DNA of 52,854 nt, filler included, from Bipalium vagum (Eukaryota), in the NCBI GenBank assembly GCA_037834085.1. It is 3 parts of 3 records of this genome, joined end to end, with 100 filler letters (N's around TTAATTAATTAA, not from the genome) between each part and the next. Parts side by side here need not be neighbours in the genome. Positions count along the whole stretch, not along the records: positions 33,928 to 52,854 come from JBBMKC010015299.1; 2 more parts are not named here. One strand, 5' to 3'. How positions within the stretch are numbered: the first letter of the stretch is position 1; the number at the start of each line of letters is the position of its first letter. The notes under the pieces are model-generated. The model was not told the origin of the DNA. It did not search any database and saw nothing but the letters and a program-made list of their open reading frames with translations. Made by a program: the position numbers and the translations under genes. This document shows positions 49,183 through 52,854 of the stretch, piece by piece.

Positions 49183-51098
49183 TAATGATGATGATAATAA
49201 TAAACGAATTCAACTTATCCCATTATTATTATTATTGATATTTATCATAATTATTGTATTTTAGAAAAAATTGGATATTGAATAAAAATTTGAAAATCAA
49301 TTAACTTAATTAATAAATAATCAAGATACATTTTGTGTTAGTTTCTCTAGAAAATATCAAATAATATTTTTGGAAAATTTTTATATTAATAAAAATATTT
49401 TTCAATTTGAACTTTTGGAATAAGTTTTTTTTTATTTTTAATTTAAAATGATTTGGTAATATCATAATTAATTATTTTTTATTTAATTTTTTGTAGAGTT
49501 TTTTTATTTTATAAAGAAATTGAATATTTAATAAAAGTTTGAAAATAACTTAATTTGATTAATTAAAAATAATCCATGTTCATTATTTGTTAGTTCCTCC
49601 AGTAGATGTCAAATAATGGTTTTAGTTTATATTTGATATAAAAATTAATTTTTCTAATTTAGGTTTTCTATCAAAAAAACTATTTTTATTAACATGATTT
49701 ATTTATTTTGTCATTATATCTATTACGTTAACATCCCAATTTTAATAATATTATTTTATATTGTAGAATTTGTTGTACATTGGCAAACTCTTGTTTCAAA
49801 ATTTTATTAAAATTAATATTGGTATTCCTAAAATGTAATTAAATATAATTAAACATCTGGAAACAGAAAAGGAAAATTTGACAATTATTTTTTTATTACA
49901 AAGTAAAATTAAAGTTAGAAAAAAGTTCGAAATATATGATAAAAGTTTATAAAGATATGACAACCGAAGAAAAAATCATAAATAAAAATAGGCATTCTAG
50001 AACAAAAAAAAGTCAAAATAATCAGATAATGGCAACAGAAAAGAAATATATGACCCTGTTCTCAATCAAAAGGGGTTTTCTATCGATTTTTGAGTAGAAG
50101 GACCATAAAATAACAAATAACCTTAAAAGAAGAGCAATTATTTCGAAAATAAGTCAATATCTCGCTTCCAACGTCAATTAAATCTCAAGTTGGTGACCCA
50201 AGTAAACTGTCTAAGTGATTATCAGCCTCTTAGAAAAAAATGTATTGTTTTTTAACTATATATACAAGAACATCATATTGAAGATTTACTGCAAGAAATT
50301 GTGAATGAGCAAAATACTAGTAATTTACCTGAGGATATGAAACTTGAGAAAATAAATCATGGGGCATTTGATAAAAAATATGATACAGTGTGTGGGAGTC
50401 GCATTCAATGTCAAAGAGACAAAGAAAATAGAGTCATCAATGATATTTACATTTATCTTGATCATTTGGCACGATATGTTGATATAAATGTAATAATTTA
50501 GCATGGAACGATGTAATAATTAATTTATTTTGATGATGATGATTAATTTATTGATTAAATTATTTAATTATTTTTTTTAATAATAAAAATGTTAAGGAAA
50601 AATAATAAATAAAATTAAATACCGAGGGCATATTCATTTGAAAATTCATATAGTAATAGTAATATAATATTATCAAATAAGTAAGAAAGTAATAAAATTA
50701 CTTGGTTTTGAAAAAAGTGAGAAGGAATAAGTCTTTTTGAAGGCGGTGATTCTGTCGGAGAAAAACAGTCTGTCAATAATAAATAAGATAGACAGCAAAG
50801 AAAAAACTACTTAAACAATAATAAGCTATATGTCAATAATAAAGAAATAATTCAAAATAATAACATAAATGTCGATAATAAAAATAATAAACCCATATAA
50901 TAATAAATAATAAGAATATATATAATAATAGTAATAACAATAACAATAATAACATAATGATAGAGATAAAAGACATAATAGAGTGAAAGAATAATATTAA
51001 AACATATGGTTGATGATATAATTAAATAATAATGTTGGGTTTACCCAAGACATCCCCCCAGGGAAAGATAACCAAGAAAAATCATAAAAAGAGTATAG

Positions 51099-51100
<2 letters not shown>

Positions 51101-51145
<45 letters not shown>
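51101..51145 (+). repeat. (AAT)15 microsatellite giving the poly-Asn of ORF 51032-51547
   Basis: Direct count of the AAT run. Confidence 0.9.
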
Positions 51146-51149
<4 letters not shown>

Positions 51150-52387
51150 TTAGTAACAATAACACATATACCTTTTTGAATTCTTTAAATAGTGCCAACT
51201 TTGAGATAATTAATTATAACGATATAGTAAACCTAATAGACAGAAGGCGAAAACCGACTTCCAAAGCTCACTCATTAACTAAACAGGTAAGTAATAATAA
51301 TTCAATTAATGATATTTATATTATAAATGATGATGACTCAGAACCTTTTGAAGAGTTGTCATCAATCTCCAAAACCGAGGGAGACAAAAAAGTCGGTAGT
51401 CCCGTAAAACGGACGACACCAAACTCCAATACCAATGGAGAGACCGTAAAAGGTCAATTCGAAATTTACGGATACAGAACATGTGCCCAAAGGATATTTT
51501 TCTTTCAATTATTATTATACTTAATTCCATATTCGGACTACGCTTAGAATTCCCCACCAGCGGTTTACCGGTGAGCAACCGTTAGGGCTCAGACGATAAC
51601 TCGGGAGTTCTAGCAGAAGCTAAATTGTAAGATCTTTCTATTTTTTTAAACTTTATTTTCTTTTTGTAAAAGTGTGGAGACTACAGGCAACTCAAGCGGA
51701 GGAATCAAATCAACTAAATCAGGACCAACCGTGCCTATCAATCCAAATCAATCTTTAACATTGTGTGATCTTGACAAACACTGATCCTTGTTTTTATTTT
51801 TGTTTACTAATCAATTGTGTGATAATTATTTATGATTTGATTCTAACCTGGTATCTGTTTAAAGTTTTTTGTTTTAAATAAATAATATATGTATTTTAAA
51901 TCATCGTTCTTGACTGATTTCAAAAATATATAATAAAATGATAAAATATTATTAATAATAGTATTTATTTATTAAGTAAAAGATTAGGAGAAAAATTTTT
52001 AATAGTAACATTAAGTTACTAATAATAAAAAATTGTTCAAATTTTTATATTGGATGGTAAAATAGAAAATAAAAGAACAGCAGATTTTTATTAAGAAAAA
52101 GAAGGTTACTATTTATAAAAAGAAGGTAAAAAAGAGAAATATATAAGAAATCGAAAATACTATGAAAGTCAGACAAAAAATAGAGAGCAAGAAAGCAGTA
52201 TCCAACAAATACGTGAAGTTGAAAACCGAGCAACATCCTACCAAAAAACATCAAGTTCAACCTATAGCATCCATATTAAGCTCAGCGATCAGTACTACGG
52301 ATTCCATACGCATACTAAACAATGACCAGTAGAACCTACACCAAATTAGAAGTCAAATACCATTCAATTCTAGTATTTAACCAAAGC

Positions 52388-52519
52388 TTAGGACCAGTCA
52401 AACCACAAAAATTTATTCAAGAATTACATCTGATATTCCAGTATTTATCCAAGTATTCATCCAAGGTTTAGGACCAGCCAATTCACAAAAATTTATTCAA
52501 GAATTAAATCTGATATTCG
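52388..52519. repeat. Two-copy direct repeat, ~52-bp core with ~80-bp period
   Basis: ttaggaccagtcaaaccacaaaaatttattcaagaattacatctgatattc and ttaggaccagccaattcacaaaaatttattcaagaattaaatctgatattc. Confidence 0.8.
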
Positions 52520-52854
52520 CTATTTTCGTTTTTATTTATTTCAAAAGTAATTTTTTAATTTTTACTTGTTGGTAGTTAGTAACAAAGTTTTAATTATATA
52601 TATATTTAATTTTTAATAAATATTATTTTAATACTTGTAACACTTGTGTAAAAAAGTAGTAGTAAATATACATTTTACGTATTATTAATTGTTTTAATTG
52701 TTATCGTAACTTGTTACACTAAGTGTAACAAAGTTTAATATAAATAAAAATCCATTAATTTTCACATTGCTTGAACAAAAGGTTATCAAGTATATTTCGA
52801 TACAAAATAAAATAAATCAAATCGATTCGATATTTCATATTTTTCTTTTTATAT

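Noticed and set aside
51560-51612. Pistol, twister or HDV-like ribozyme
   Set aside because: Only superficial similarity (TTAGGGC); the required conserved core and pairings could not be built.

Overview
AT-rich eukaryotic (invertebrate animal) genomic DNA with short ~40-95 nt GT-AG introns; not prokaryotic, and no CRISPR or rRNA. A flatworm or other lophotrochozoan origin is an inference only. Two 100-nt N blocks carrying an artificial TTAATTAATTAA linker (16950-17049, 33828-33927) divide the window into three probably unlinked contigs. Host genes: cytosolic lysyl-tRNA synthetase (2 exons, - strand), the 3' four exons of G-alpha-s (- strand), a 5'-truncated DHX16/Prp2 DEAH helicase segment (- strand), a complete 9-exon DNAJC1/ERdj1 (+ strand), and an intronless 462-aa orphan ORF with degenerate KH-like segments. 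The rest is mostly decayed mobile DNA: many Tc1/mariner relics (D34D and D37D), a Merlin/IS1016-like relic, a TTAA-type MITE, Gypsy integrase and LTR pieces including two head-to-tail LTR-like units, and a tRNA-Ala-derived pseudogene or SINE head. The most unusual item is a degraded Polinton/Maverick (adintovirus-like) phospholipase-A2-like plus integrase gene, only partly visible in the ORF track, joined through a 6-nt overlap directly to the DHX16 fragment. I cannot support an intact novel multi-gene system from this window; the candidates below are leads.
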